In this document: positions 1 through 11,059 of the stretch, piece after piece | How positions within the stretch are numbered: the first letter of the stretch is position 1 | Layout: each line of letters begins with the position of its first letter | From: Flaccisagitta enflata | Lineage: Eukaryota | Direction: 5' to 3' | DNA: 64,000 nucleotides | NCBI GenBank assembly: GCA_965153355.1 | Contig: OZ231126.1 | Coordinates: forward strand, 44,578,001-44,642,000 | Translations under genes and position numbers: made by a program | Notes under the pieces: model-generated | Told to the model about the DNA's origin: nothing | What the model saw: only the letters and a program-made list of their open reading frames with translations | Database searches by the model: none

Positions 1-111
1 TTTGACTGTCTGTCGTTACCTGTCTTAGTCTGTCTGTCTTTGTCTGTCAGTCTTGGTGTGTGTGTGTGTGTGTGTGTGTGTCTGTCTGTCTGTCTGTCTG
101 TCTGTGTGTGT

Positions 112-215
<104 letters not shown>

Positions 216-220
216 GTCAG

Positions 221-1065
221 ACGGAAGTCGAAAACTGGCTTCGATCAAGAATTTCAAGATGGACCACGAGCAAAGTCCATTGGCGCGAGGAGGTTTTACT
301 GCTGACGACGCGATGATATGGTGGGGGGGGGGGTTAAAGGTGGAGAAAGGGAGGGTCAGTGATTAGTCCAAATAGTGCGTGATGGTGGACATCTAGTTCT
401 GGCTTAATGGCAGAGATTTTTAAAAGTCATACTCAATGGTGCATTAATCTACCGGTGATGACGATGTTAGAAAAATAAATGTAACAATAATGAACGAAAA
501 ATCACTTTTGCTAGTGATGGTACGAATATCGCAAAACCTAAGGTACACAAGAACAAGGCCATCACGTGCGCTATATGAATCGTAAAACAAATGCGTGACG
601 GACCAACCGACGAGAGGACGTACAGAAGGACGCGTTGGTGGTGATGACCACTTTTGGACACGCACGTAGAAAACCCATTCTGCGTATGGTCGCTTAATTC
701 GTCCTTATTTCTCGTCATTCACGTGATTTTGTCATCTCTGCTTTGAAAATCAACAATAACATCAGTTGCCTCCAATTGTCTTGCCTCTTAACACCAGTTC
801 CATAAACAACGTCAAAAAGTACGAAGAAGCAAAAAGAAAGAAAAGAAAGAAAAAATATTCTAACTGAGCAAGCTGGCTTGTGTATCGTGTTATCCACTCA
901 GTGCTTGCCATGCTAATCATTCCGTAACTTACCCCTGGCAAGCCAGCAGTGCGTCGTTTGGCGACCTGTGGCTCGACCATGTCTTGACCTCACTTGATCT
1001 TTCCAGGAAAGGAAAAAATCGGACGTTAAGTCACCGTCGACGATTTTGGATAGGCGCGACATGAG
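221..1065 (+). other. Possible last exons (~221-320 and ~902-1065) of an unidentified gene entering from upstream of the window
   Basis: (CT)n tract + CAG acceptor at 218-220 followed by GC-balanced unique sequence; second CAG at 899-901 opens a frame ACHANHSVTYPWQ...RRRFWIGAT* ending 1065. No domain confidently recognised. Confidence 0.25.
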
Positions 1066-1308
1066 ACCTGAGACCTAAGGCCAAGACCTGATTAACTAAG
1101 AGGGCTTGAAAAGGGGAGTCGCCTAATCGCTGATTTGTTGAATCTAATCGACATTGAAAGAACTGAAGGAAGTTTTAGCACTCTCAAGATTTTTTTTCTT
1201 TTTTGCATAGACTGACTGTTCCATTTTTCGCGAACAGACGCTCCAAACACACCGAAACATGTTTCCATTAGCGTTGACAAAATTTCACAATCCCTGATCA
1301 GTAAATGA

Positions 1309-1476
1309 TTTTTTAGTCGCGGACAAGCGACTCTATAAGAGGCTTTGTCCGTCCGTCCGTCCGTCCGTCCGTCCGTCCGTCCGTTGGTAATGATCGAGTT
1401 CAAAAGTGCGAAAACCGCATTCCCGCCCCTGCCCATCCTTCCGCGACTGGTATTGGCCGTGTATCCGGCCTTGTTT
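1309..1476 (+). mobile_element. HINE/DINE-1-like (Helentron-associated) non-autonomous element, family A
   Basis: T-run, 5' AGTCGCGGA with short hairpin, (GTCC)n tract, inverted subterminal TCCGCGACT, 3' hairpin GGCCG-TGTATC-CGGCC, then TTGTTT; many related copies in the window. Confidence 0.7.
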
Positions 1477-1655
1477 CTTCGGCAAGTGGTAATCAATGCC
1501 AATGATGAACCATTGGAATTGTACACCTCGTTAAAATGATTTAAAAGATCATTGTCTAGCTGTTGCAACATGAGCTTCTACTTCCGCTTAAGTGTAAGGC
1601 ATGAACGCATGATAATCAATAATTATTATCTATCAACAGATTGTATACTAACATG

Positions 1656-1978
1656 AAGCGCAGCAGAACAGAAGCAGGAAAGAGTGCAAATACCAATACA
1701 GATACGTCACATGAGTAATTACAATTTATAATACAAAGAGACAGGAAGACGGATGCGGAAGAAAATAAATGATCGAGTAATGTTTGATTTCATAAAACCG
1801 CATAGTATCTCGCATGGTACCTGAGATAAAGCGCAGCAGAACAGAAGCAGGAAACAGTGTAAATACCAATACAGATACGTCACATGAGTAATTACAATTT
1901 ATAATACAAAGAGACAGGAAAATGGACGTGAAAGAAAATAAATGATATAGAAATGGATGATTTCATGAAACCGCATAG
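1656..1978. repeat. Direct tandem duplication, ~173-bp unit
   Basis: AAGCGCAGCAGAACAGAAGCAGGAAA...GATACGTCACATGAGTAATTACAATTTATAATACAAAGAGACAGGAA occurs at ~1656 and ~1829. Confidence 0.85.
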
Positions 1979-1987
1979 GGCGCACGA

Positions 1988-2098
<111 letters not shown>

Positions 2099-2419
2099 GA
2101 TGTTTATTTATAGCATTTATGATGCCTTTATTTGCATCTTCATTCCCATCAGACTACATTTCAAAAGGGGAAAAAGTGGAAAGATAGAGATGAGGGGAAA
2201 AAAATTGTCGAAAAGTCTTTCCTATCTTTTTCTGTGAGTTAATGATATACCCTCGACCTGAGGATTTCCAAAGGTCACCTGGGGCCGGAAAGGTCGGATA
2301 GAGGTCAACAGAGGTCAAACCTCAAACGACCTGATATCATCACTGACTAATGATGACGTGAGAGCCGTCGGTGGCCAGCACCTTCCAGGGGAGGATAATC
2401 GCAGGGGAACGGGACCGGC

Positions 2420-2465
<46 letters not shown>

Positions 2466-3171
2466 GAGACAGACAGATAGTGAAACAGAGACAGACAGAC
2501 AGACAGGCAGACAGACAGACACAAAGACAGACAGACAGAACTAGAACAGACACACAGAGCGGAAGGAAAGTACCTTTGGTGTGGGAATTGGTGGTTTCTT
2601 GACGACCTTTGCCGACCTCGATCTGTTTTTGGACCTTCACTTTTTCTGTTTAGCCCAAAACATGGAATGGGACCGGTAAAAAGAACTAACGACCCCGCTG
2701 AGTTTTGCGACCTAAACATTGTGCTGTGGTATTGCAACGGCATTTTTTGACCGATGCACGCATTGAATGTACGCATTAAATGTACAAAAATGCAATTGCA
2801 ATTGCAAGGAAATAATTCACAGAGGAACAGAATCAAGACATAAGGTTTTTTTGTATCGGGGAAATTATTGAGATACCTCATATAAGATAACTAGATAATA
2901 TCGAGATAAACAGCCTAGTATGAAATCCGTTGAAATGTGTGAGATTTCTATGTTTTATTTGCTGCTCAAAATGTCAATCTGTCTGTCTGTCTATGGTGCA
3001 TTCGCATTCAGCACCTTATGTGGATCTTTGGATTTGGCTATCAATAAACCGTTACAAAGTCCATCAAATCCCACCCTTATGAAAAAAAAAAAACACCTAA
3101 CGCCACTTTATCCCACTCCACCCACCTACACAGTCCTTCAAATCCCACCCTGATGGGAAAAAAACACCTAA

Positions 3172-5422
3172 GACGCACTGAAAATTACCATAAAATTTGC
3201 TACCCAAGCCAGATGAATCATAAAATTTTAATGATTGAAATCTAATGAAATCTTTTGATTCAATGTTTTCTATTCAACTACTAACAGACATATTTTGCAT
3301 ACATTTAACTTGCATTTGCCTGTTTTTATCTCTAATCCTTCTAGTCAGGGAGCTTAAGGAAGTGTGGGGTCAAAATTGCCATAAAACTCTGGAATTTTAC
3401 TATTCTAACATATTTTTTAATGCTGAACCCGAATCTGACCTCCGTTTTGGAATATTTTTTGGGCCCCTTTTTCAAAAATCTATTTTTTTGCAATTTTTGA
3501 GGTAAAAATACACTTTTTGGCTATTTGGAGTACATTATTGTCGCCTGGTTGCAATTTTTAGTGAAACCTAACAAGAACTGAAGTGAATACACAGTTGACA
3601 AGAATTTCACGGCTATATGGGGACTGTTAATTGCCAAAAACAGGCCATAAATGGCCCAAAACAGCAAAAAACGGCATTTTTTTCTGAAATATCAATGTTA
3701 TTTTAAAATTTTTTGCCAATCACTCTCAAATAAATCAGAACTAGGACAAATATACTTATTGAGAAGGTTTGACACTGCTACAGGGATTGTTCTGACTGGA
3801 TTGTGTAAGATGAGCGAATAATTCTGAATAAGAATGATCTGACAATGAAAATGCTGATTTTGGTCATTTTAGGTCATATTTGGCCTGTCTTTGGCCTGTC
3901 ATGACTCCTGTATCAGTATTCAAAGCTCTAAATGAGTATATTTGACCTATTTCTGACTGGATTGAGTGAAATTAGCAAAAAAATTCAGAATAACAGTGAT
4001 CTGTTCAAGAAAAATGCTAATTTTGGCCATTTTAGGCCATTTTTGGCCTGTTTCTGGCCTGTTTTGACCCTCGTTGCAGTGTCCAAAGCTCTCATTGAGT
4101 ATATTTGATCTACTTCTAACTGGATTGAGTGAGATTGGTGAAAAAATTCTGAATAACAATTTTATTTGATGAAACTGCCGATTTTGGCTATTTTAGGCTA
4201 TTTTTGGCCTGTTTTTGGCCTGGCGTGACCCTCCTATCAGTAGCCAAAGCTCTCGTTCAGTATATTTGACCTAGTTTTGACTGGATCGAGTGAGATCCAG
4301 AACGAAAAAATTCTAAATATCAATGATCTACTTGATGAAAACGCCAATTTTGGCCATTTTAGGCCATTTTTTGCCTGTTTTTGGCCTGTTACGATCCCTG
4401 CAGTATTGTTCAAAGCTCTCAATAAGTATATTTGTCCTGGATTTGACTCAATTGAGAGTGATTGGCAAGAAATTTTTAAATAACACTGATATTTCAGGAA
4501 AAAATGCTGTTTTTGACTGTTTTGGGCCATTTTTGACCTGTTTTTGGCAATTTACGGTCCCCGTATGACCGCGAAATTCTCGTAAACTGTGCATTCACTT
4601 CAGTTCTTGTTAGGTTTGACTAAAGAACGCAGCCAGGCAACAACAGTTTACTCCAAATAGCCAAAAAGTGCGTTTTTACCCCAAAAATTGCAAAAAAATG
4701 GATTTTTGAAAGGGGGGCCCATAAAATATTCCAACACGGAGGTCAGATTTGTGTTCAGCACGAAAAAATATGTCAGAATAGTGAAGTTCCAGAGTTTTTT
4801 GGCAATTTTGACCCCACACTTTAGTTTCTGCCATCAAGCTTCCTGACTATTCATTTTACAGTTGAAAATACAGGCAAAATGCAATAAAAACTTGTTTTGT
4901 CAATGCACCATGACCCATTGGAAATTTTAAATTTGCCTAGAAAATCAAAACATCAACAAAAGAAGAACATAGCGCGATTCCCAAATCTGAGGGCGCTATG
5001 CTTTTCTTTTGTTGATCTGATGATTTTCTATGCTGATTTAAAATTTCCAATGAGCAGTTACTGAAAAAATTGTTAGCCATTTTTTCACTTTTTTGTCACT
5101 TCAAAAGTTAGTTTCCTTCAATTTTCTTTCATTAACGTCATTTGATAGTCATAGATTGGTTTCTTCATGTAGAAATATACTTCTTATTTTTGAAACAAGC
5201 CCGATCGGGCAACTAGATGCGTCATCTGCGTGATATTAGAAGAGGCGTAACGGACCGACGGACGGACGGACCGACGGACGGACGGACCAACGGACAGACC
5301 CTCTTGTAGAGATGCGATGACGCATCTAAAAACAACACAGTCATTGACCAAAACGAAAATGGTAAAGCAATTCATACCTTTGGCCTCAGGGTAAATTCTT
5401 TCCTACTTAATTTTAGTGCGTC
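3172..5422. mobile_element. MITE with GACGCAC termini and CTAA target duplication
   Basis: GACGCACTGAAAATTA / TAATTTTAGTGCGTC; interrupts the tandem unit ...CACCTAA|CGCC and repeats CTAA on both sides. Confidence 0.75.
3344..4847. mobile_element. Foldback MITE (whole element palindromic, ~160-bp subrepeats), TA-flanked
   Basis: TA-GTCAGGGAGCTT...AAGTGTGGGGTCAAAATTGCC mirrored by GGCAATTTTGACCCCACACTT...AAGCTTCCTGAC-TA. Confidence 0.85.
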
Positions 5423-6163
5423 CTAACGCCACTTTATCCCACTCCACCCACCTACACAGTCCATCAAATCCCACCCTGATGGGAAAAAACACCTAACGCC
5501 ACTTTATGCCACTCCACCCACCTACACAGTCCTTCAAATCCCACCCTGATGGGAAAAAAACACCTAACGCCACTTTATCCCACTCCACCCACCTACACAG
5601 TCCATCAAATCCCACCCTGATGGGAAAAAAACACCTAACGCCACTTTATGCCACTCCACCCACCTATACTCTTTACGCGATACTCTTTACAGTAAATTCT
5701 AAAAAAAATCAATGTAAAATATTCGTATATTGATATTCAGATAAGATATCCGCATAGGGTGCTGAATGTTAATGTCTCTATTTCTTCTTTGCGTTCTATT
5801 CTGTTTCTATCATCGGTACACATCAGTTGGTCTGTCCCACTATTAGTGTATTTGTTGGTCCGACAATCAGACGATCCACCACTACTCTAACAGCTAATTC
5901 TCTCTTTATTCTTCTCTCTGCCGGTCTGTCTGTCTGTCATTTTGTCTGTCTGATCAAGTGATTTTCTCAAAATGGAAAAAAAAAAGAAAGAAAAGATTTT
6001 TTCTTGGTCAAAACAAGTGAACTTTCAAAACTGAAAAAAATTTACACTTAAAACCGAGGACGAGCAAGTTGATTGGCCAATCTTAAAGTCACTAAGTCGT
6101 TACAGAAGGGGTGTGGCAGAAATATTACGCTTGGTCTGGATGCGAAACATTTGCTTTTGAAAC

Positions 6164-7221
6164 TTAAAACGTGACGTCAAAAGCGATCATGTGTCGTGGA
6201 TGCGTCGTCTGGTCATAATCAACGTATCCACCCAGACAAAGAACAAAGGCGCCTTTTTCCCTACGAATGCCAATGGCGCGATGCTCCTGTAATCCCTTCC
6301 CGATTTCGGATGAAAGGGGCGTTTCTTCTTTCCACTCGCGAGTCTCGACGTCGTAGAGTTGGACTTTGTTGGTTACTTCACCAGCCTCACTGCCGCCCAC
6401 GAACATGATATGCCTTTCACTGACTGGCGTCGCGGTATGAGCACAGATCTCCATCGGGTATCCCGTGTCTGTGATTTCCGTCAACTGAAGGGTTTTCATA
6501 TCCAGACTATAGAAATCTTTCAATCCCTCCCCGTTGCAGATGCCACCGTGAATGAAGGCGGAGTCACCGAGAACCGCGACGGCGCAAAGGACACGAGGCG
6601 TGAGTTGAGCTCCTCTCATCGAAAGACGAGAGGAAACGTTGGTTTCGGGATCGTATCGATACAAATCGTTGGTGTAAAAGGCGTTCCTGTCAGTCATTTC
6701 GACGAAATCGTCTTTCCTCCGTTCGTCGATTCGAGTGACGTAGCCGCAGAGGAAAAACGCTTTTCCTTCGAAGGCGAATGCTTTGTGGTCGCGAATCGGC
6801 GGCGGAGTTTCGCCGGCAGGATGGAGTCTTCTGAATTTGCCGGCGGAAGAGAGAGTAGAGAGAGCGTCGCTTGATTCCTCGAAGATTGGGCCTCCTCCGG
6901 AAATGTAAAGAGTTTGTCCGCAGACGACTGCCGCAGTACAGTAGCTTTCAGGATGAATGGATCCGGTCGCTTCGATGACTTCCCATTTGCCGGGAAGTTG
7001 AGGAGTCGAACTCAACGTGTGAACGTAAATCACGTTCGTTGGGAGAGGAAGGAAGTTTCCATTTGGTTGCACTTGACAACCACCCCAAATCAGGAGTCGA
7101 CCTTCTAGGATTCCGGCGACGAAACCAACGCCGACTGGAAAACGATTGGCCGATTTCCAATTCTTTTTCAAAATTGGTGGTAAGTCGATGAGATATTGAC
7201 GAATACCCACGGTTGAGAGGT
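6164..7221 (-). CDS. Kelch-repeat beta-propeller exon (6 blades; KLHDC-like), terminal coding exon
   Basis: Repeats RLLIWGG, TLYISGG, KAFFLCG, SAFIHGG, HIMFVGG, VLCLGG with downstream YDP/YSL/YDV..W motifs. Acceptor cttatttcctcag (minus, ending at 7222), phase 1. The ORF-track N-terminus upstream is polypyrimidine intron. Confidence 0.9.
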
Positions 7222-7516
7222 CTGAGGAAATAAGCATCGATGGTGTGCATGAGGAACAGAAGATGGAGAGAGAGAGAAAGAGAGAGAAAAAAGAGAGGTG
7301 AAAAATACACAGACACAGACATAAGTCCAAAAGCCACACACACTCATAAAATAATCAGATAATCCAAAGTAATGACAAAAATTAACACAATCACTTTGAA
7401 TAAATTTCGATTTAATGAAGCTTATTTCGTCGGTCGAATTCATTTGCTATTGATGTAAATGATCTGATGCAGTTTTTTTTCTCATGTAAGCAAACAAAAA
7501 ACAAAAAACAAAAAAC

Positions 7517-8396
7517 AAATAGTCGCAAAAGCGTTAGATGGTCAGCGGTACCCGTTGCCCCCATGTGAGTGTATGTGGATGTGTGAGGGTGAGAGGGGCA
7601 GCGGCCCCGAAGGGGCCGATGACCTATGCTTAGTAAGTTTGAAGGTTCTTGACTGGAATTTGAGTTTCAATCCTGGGATGAGCCTTGAGGCTTGGATTTG
7701 AGCCTTGAGGCTTTGATTTGAGTCTTGAGGCTATCATTTGAGCCTTGAGGCTGTTATTTGAGCCTCATGACTGATTTGAGCCTTGTGGCTGGGATCTGAG
7801 CCTTGAGGCTGGGGTTTGAGCCTTGAGGCTGGGGTTTGAGCCTTGAATTTGTGATTTGAGCCTCAAGGCTGTAATTTGAGCCTCGAGGCTGGAATCTGAG
7901 CTTCAAGACTGGGATTTGAGCCTTAAGACTGAGATTTGGTCCTGAAGTTTAAGAATTTAAGCCTGGAGGCTGGAATTTGAGCCTGGAGGCTGGAATTTCA
8001 GCTTGGTGACTGGGATTTGGGCCTCGAGGCTGGGATTTGAGCCTCAAGGCTGGGATTTGAGCCTCAAGGCTGAGATTTGAGCCTCAAGGCTGGGATTTGA
8101 GCCTCAAGGCTGGGATTTGAGCCTCAAGGCTGGGATTTGAGCCTCAAGGCTGGGATTGGAGCCTCAAGGCTGGGATTGGAGCCTCAGGGCTGGGATTGGA
8201 GCCTTGACGCTGAGATTTGAGCTTCGAGGCTGGAATGTGGGCCTTGAAGTAAGAATTTGGACCTTGAGACTAGGATTTGGGCCTCACAACTGGGATTTGA
8301 GCTTCGAAGGGGGTGGACGGACGGAGAAGGAGGAGGAGAAATTTCTCCTGTGTGAAAGCATAGGTCATCGGCCCCTTCGGGGCCGCTGCCCAAAAA
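7517..8396 (-). mobile_element. Minisatellite-carrying non-autonomous element (family B; ~21-bp GCCTCAAGGCTGGGATTTGA-type array)
   Basis: Perfect 36-bp inverted repeat 7596-7631 / 8356-8391 flanking the array, with an asymmetric tail on one side; same architecture in opposite orientation at 58629-59085. Confidence 0.8.
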
Positions 8397-8830
8397 CAAA
8401 AAACTAAAAACAAAAAACAAAAAACAAAAAACAAAAAACAAAAAACAAAAAACAAAAAACAAAAAACAAAAAACAGGAAAAAAAAAATAAAGAAAAAAAT
8501 GAAAAATTGAAAAAATAAAAAAAATTGAATAGATAAAGACATAAAGAATAGAAAAATAAAGAAAGAAAAAATTGAAAATTGAAAAAATAAAAGATGAAAA
8601 AATGAAAAAAAATGAAATATAGAAAAATATAACAAAAAAGAAAAAACGAAAAAAGAAAAAAAAAAAGAAAAAAGAAAAGGGTTAGAAATAAAAAATAATA
8701 AAAAAATAAAAAAAATAAATAAATAAATAAAAAAAAAACAAACAAAAAACGTAAAACAAAAATCAATTCAGAACAACAAATGAAAAAAGAAAAAAAAACA
8801 GAAAATCGGTCAATTGCACATAGATCAAAC

Positions 8831-8902
8831 CTGGAGGTTGATGTGCGTTTCCCACATCATTTTGTCCAAAGGAACGAAGCTTGAGATCCTGGAAGGGTCC
8901 AA
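8831..8902 (-). CDS. Predicted 72-nt phase-1/phase-1 linker exon (GPFQDLKLRSFGQNDVGNAHQPP)
   Basis: Acceptor tttctttacttcactcag, open frame, donor CAG|GTTTGA; length is a multiple of 3 and phases match the flanking HEPN and Kelch exons. Confidence 0.55.
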
Positions 8903-9171
8903 CTGAGTGAAGTAAAGAAAGTTCATTTTGTCAGTTCTTTATGGAATTTGATAAAAAGCGTGCGGCTGGGCATTAATGCTCTCTACTTAAGGCCAGTACT
9001 TAGCGATTACATAGATGATCAGCGGTGCACCAACCGAGTGACCGAAACTACTTCTTATTCTCATGAAATTGCTTGCTTGCGCCTTGCTGATGAAAAGGCC
9101 TTTCCCCACATCCCAGCTGCCTAATCAAGACTAGAGTGAAAGGAAACGATGCAAATCGATGTTTTTCCTAC

Positions 9172-9847
9172 CAATTGGTGAAGCGTCATGACCTCCCGAT
9201 ATGAAGAGTTGACAATTACTCATGTTGTAAACAATTTTGTTATCCTTGTTAACGAACACAGTATCCGCCGCAACGTTGAATGTCTCCCCTCTGGCTTTTG
9301 CCGCCGCCACTAGCGTCTCGAAATCTCTCGCCTTCCGCTCGACGGCGTGGATGTCATCCCTTCGTATTTGGTTCAGCACCCTCCGCCAACTTCGCCGTTG
9401 TTCTTGCATCTTATCAAACAGCGAGTCGACGGCATCCTCGATCTTCCGGAACCAGTCTTCAAACTCCAGTTCATCGTCCATCTCCGTTGACGTAGAGTGG
9501 GCCAAATGATTGCGGAATTCCTTCATTTTGTCAAAACCCGGGCAATCGGGCGCGATCACGGTCATGAGATGGTTGAAAAAGGTGATGTCGACGTCGTCGA
9601 AGATGGGAATTTCTTTATTTCCGTCCATTTCCTTGGATTGGTTCCTCCAGAAGCGATATCTTCTGATGTGTTTGTGATTATCATGGCACCATTGACGCCA
9701 CGCGTCGGGAAAGTCTGGGACAGCGAAGCCAAGCGTTTCTGAGAGCTTAGCCCGGACGAAATCCTTGACGATGTCGTTGCAGCGGACAAATCCCGCTTGA
9801 AGGCGCATCATGCGCACGCGACCGTCGGTGTAGTAACTGGACGCCAT
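9172..9847 (-). CDS. HEPN-domain (DZIP3-like HEPN) coding exon; unspliced ORF would end at 9131
   Basis: ATG at 9847 just after acceptor ttctttcgtgtctgtag; signature DVDITFFNHLM...KMKEFRNHLAHSTSTEMDDELEFEDWFRKIEDAV with R-x4-H; phase-1 donor ATTG|GTAGGA at 9172/9171. Confidence 0.8.
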
Positions 9848-10024
9848 TGTTAAGGGCGTATAGGAGACTACAGACACGAAAGAAATACTTGGTGCGATAT
9901 CTTTCGAAAAAAAAAAACTTTGTTCTTTCGCAGTTTGTCATTGATAACAGCAACTGATTACAACCTGGTGATCGAATGGAGACCTGGTTCTTATCTAATG
10001 TCTCTCTTTCTCTTTCTCTTTCTC

Positions 10025-10026
10025 AA

Positions 10027-10105
<79 letters not shown>

Positions 10106-10184
10106 CTCTCTCTCTCAATCAACCACAACAAGAACTACAACAACAATGACAACAAAAACAACAACAACAAAAACAACATCAACC

Positions 10185-10245
<61 letters not shown>

Positions 10246-10655
10246 AAACATTTTTTAGGAACATTAAGTTAGGTCCCGAGTTGTTGGTGACTGTCGGACG
10301 AGTGGACATCTGGAATGGAAAGAACAGTACGTACGATGAAAACATCAACGCAGCAGCAGCAGCAGCAACAACAAACACAACAAAAACAACAAAACAAAAA
10401 CAACAAAACAAAACCAACAACAACAACAACAACAAAAACATTTTTTAAAAACATCAAGTTAGGTCCCGAGTTTTTGGTGACTGTCGGACGAGTGGACATC
10501 TGGGATGGAAAGAACAGTAGGTACGATGAAAACATCAACGCAGCAGCAGCAAAAACAAATACAACAAAAACAACAAAACAAAAACAACAAAATAAAACCA
10601 ACAACAACAACAACAACAAAAGCGAAAAAAAAACAACAACAAAAGCCAAACATCG

Positions 10656-10744
<89 letters not shown>

Positions 10745-10750
10745 AACAAT

Positions 10751-10811
<61 letters not shown>

Positions 10812-10828
10812 GCGACAACGACAACAGC

Positions 10829-10887
<59 letters not shown>

Positions 10888-10938
10888 AAACAACAACAGC
10901 AACAACTACAACAGCAACAACCACAACAACCAAAACAG

Positions 10939-11010
<72 letters not shown>

Positions 11011-11042
11011 TATCATCATCATCATCATTATCATCATCATCT
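10025..11042. repeat. Compound microsatellite block (CT, TTTC, CAA, CAT) with a 190-bp tandem duplication at ~10245-10620
   Basis: Directly visible repeats; unit containing AGGTCCCGAGT..GGTGACTGTCGGACGAGTGGACATCTGG occurs twice. Confidence 0.9.
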
Positions 11043-11059
11043 CTCTGATTTTGTAGGAA

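Larger units (their letters stand above)
2998..5775. mobile_element. Old TIR element containing a ~76-bp tandem array; host of nested insertions
   Basis: CATTCAGCACCTTATGTGGAT (~3005) is inverted at ATCCGCATAGGGTGCTGAATG (~5748-5768); unit CCATCAAATCCCACCCTGATGGGAAAAAACACCTAACGCCACTTTATCCCACTCCACCCACCTACACAGT at 3060-3171 and 5423-5665. Confidence 0.65.

Noticed and set aside
7222-7339. Hydrophobic N-terminus MWLLDLCLCLCIFHLSFFSLFLSL as a signal peptide for the Kelch protein
   Set aside because: It is the intron's GT/CT-rich polypyrimidine tract upstream of the acceptor and begins at a non-ATG codon.
7650-8300. 21-bp array as a CRISPR array
   Set aside because: Head-to-tail degenerate units with no unique spacers, no cas genes, eukaryotic context.
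9040-9120. Extra exon GSWDVGKGLFISK.. between the HEPN exon and the linker exon
   Set aside because: It would need a 51-nt intron and has no convincing donor; cannot be supported without transcripts.
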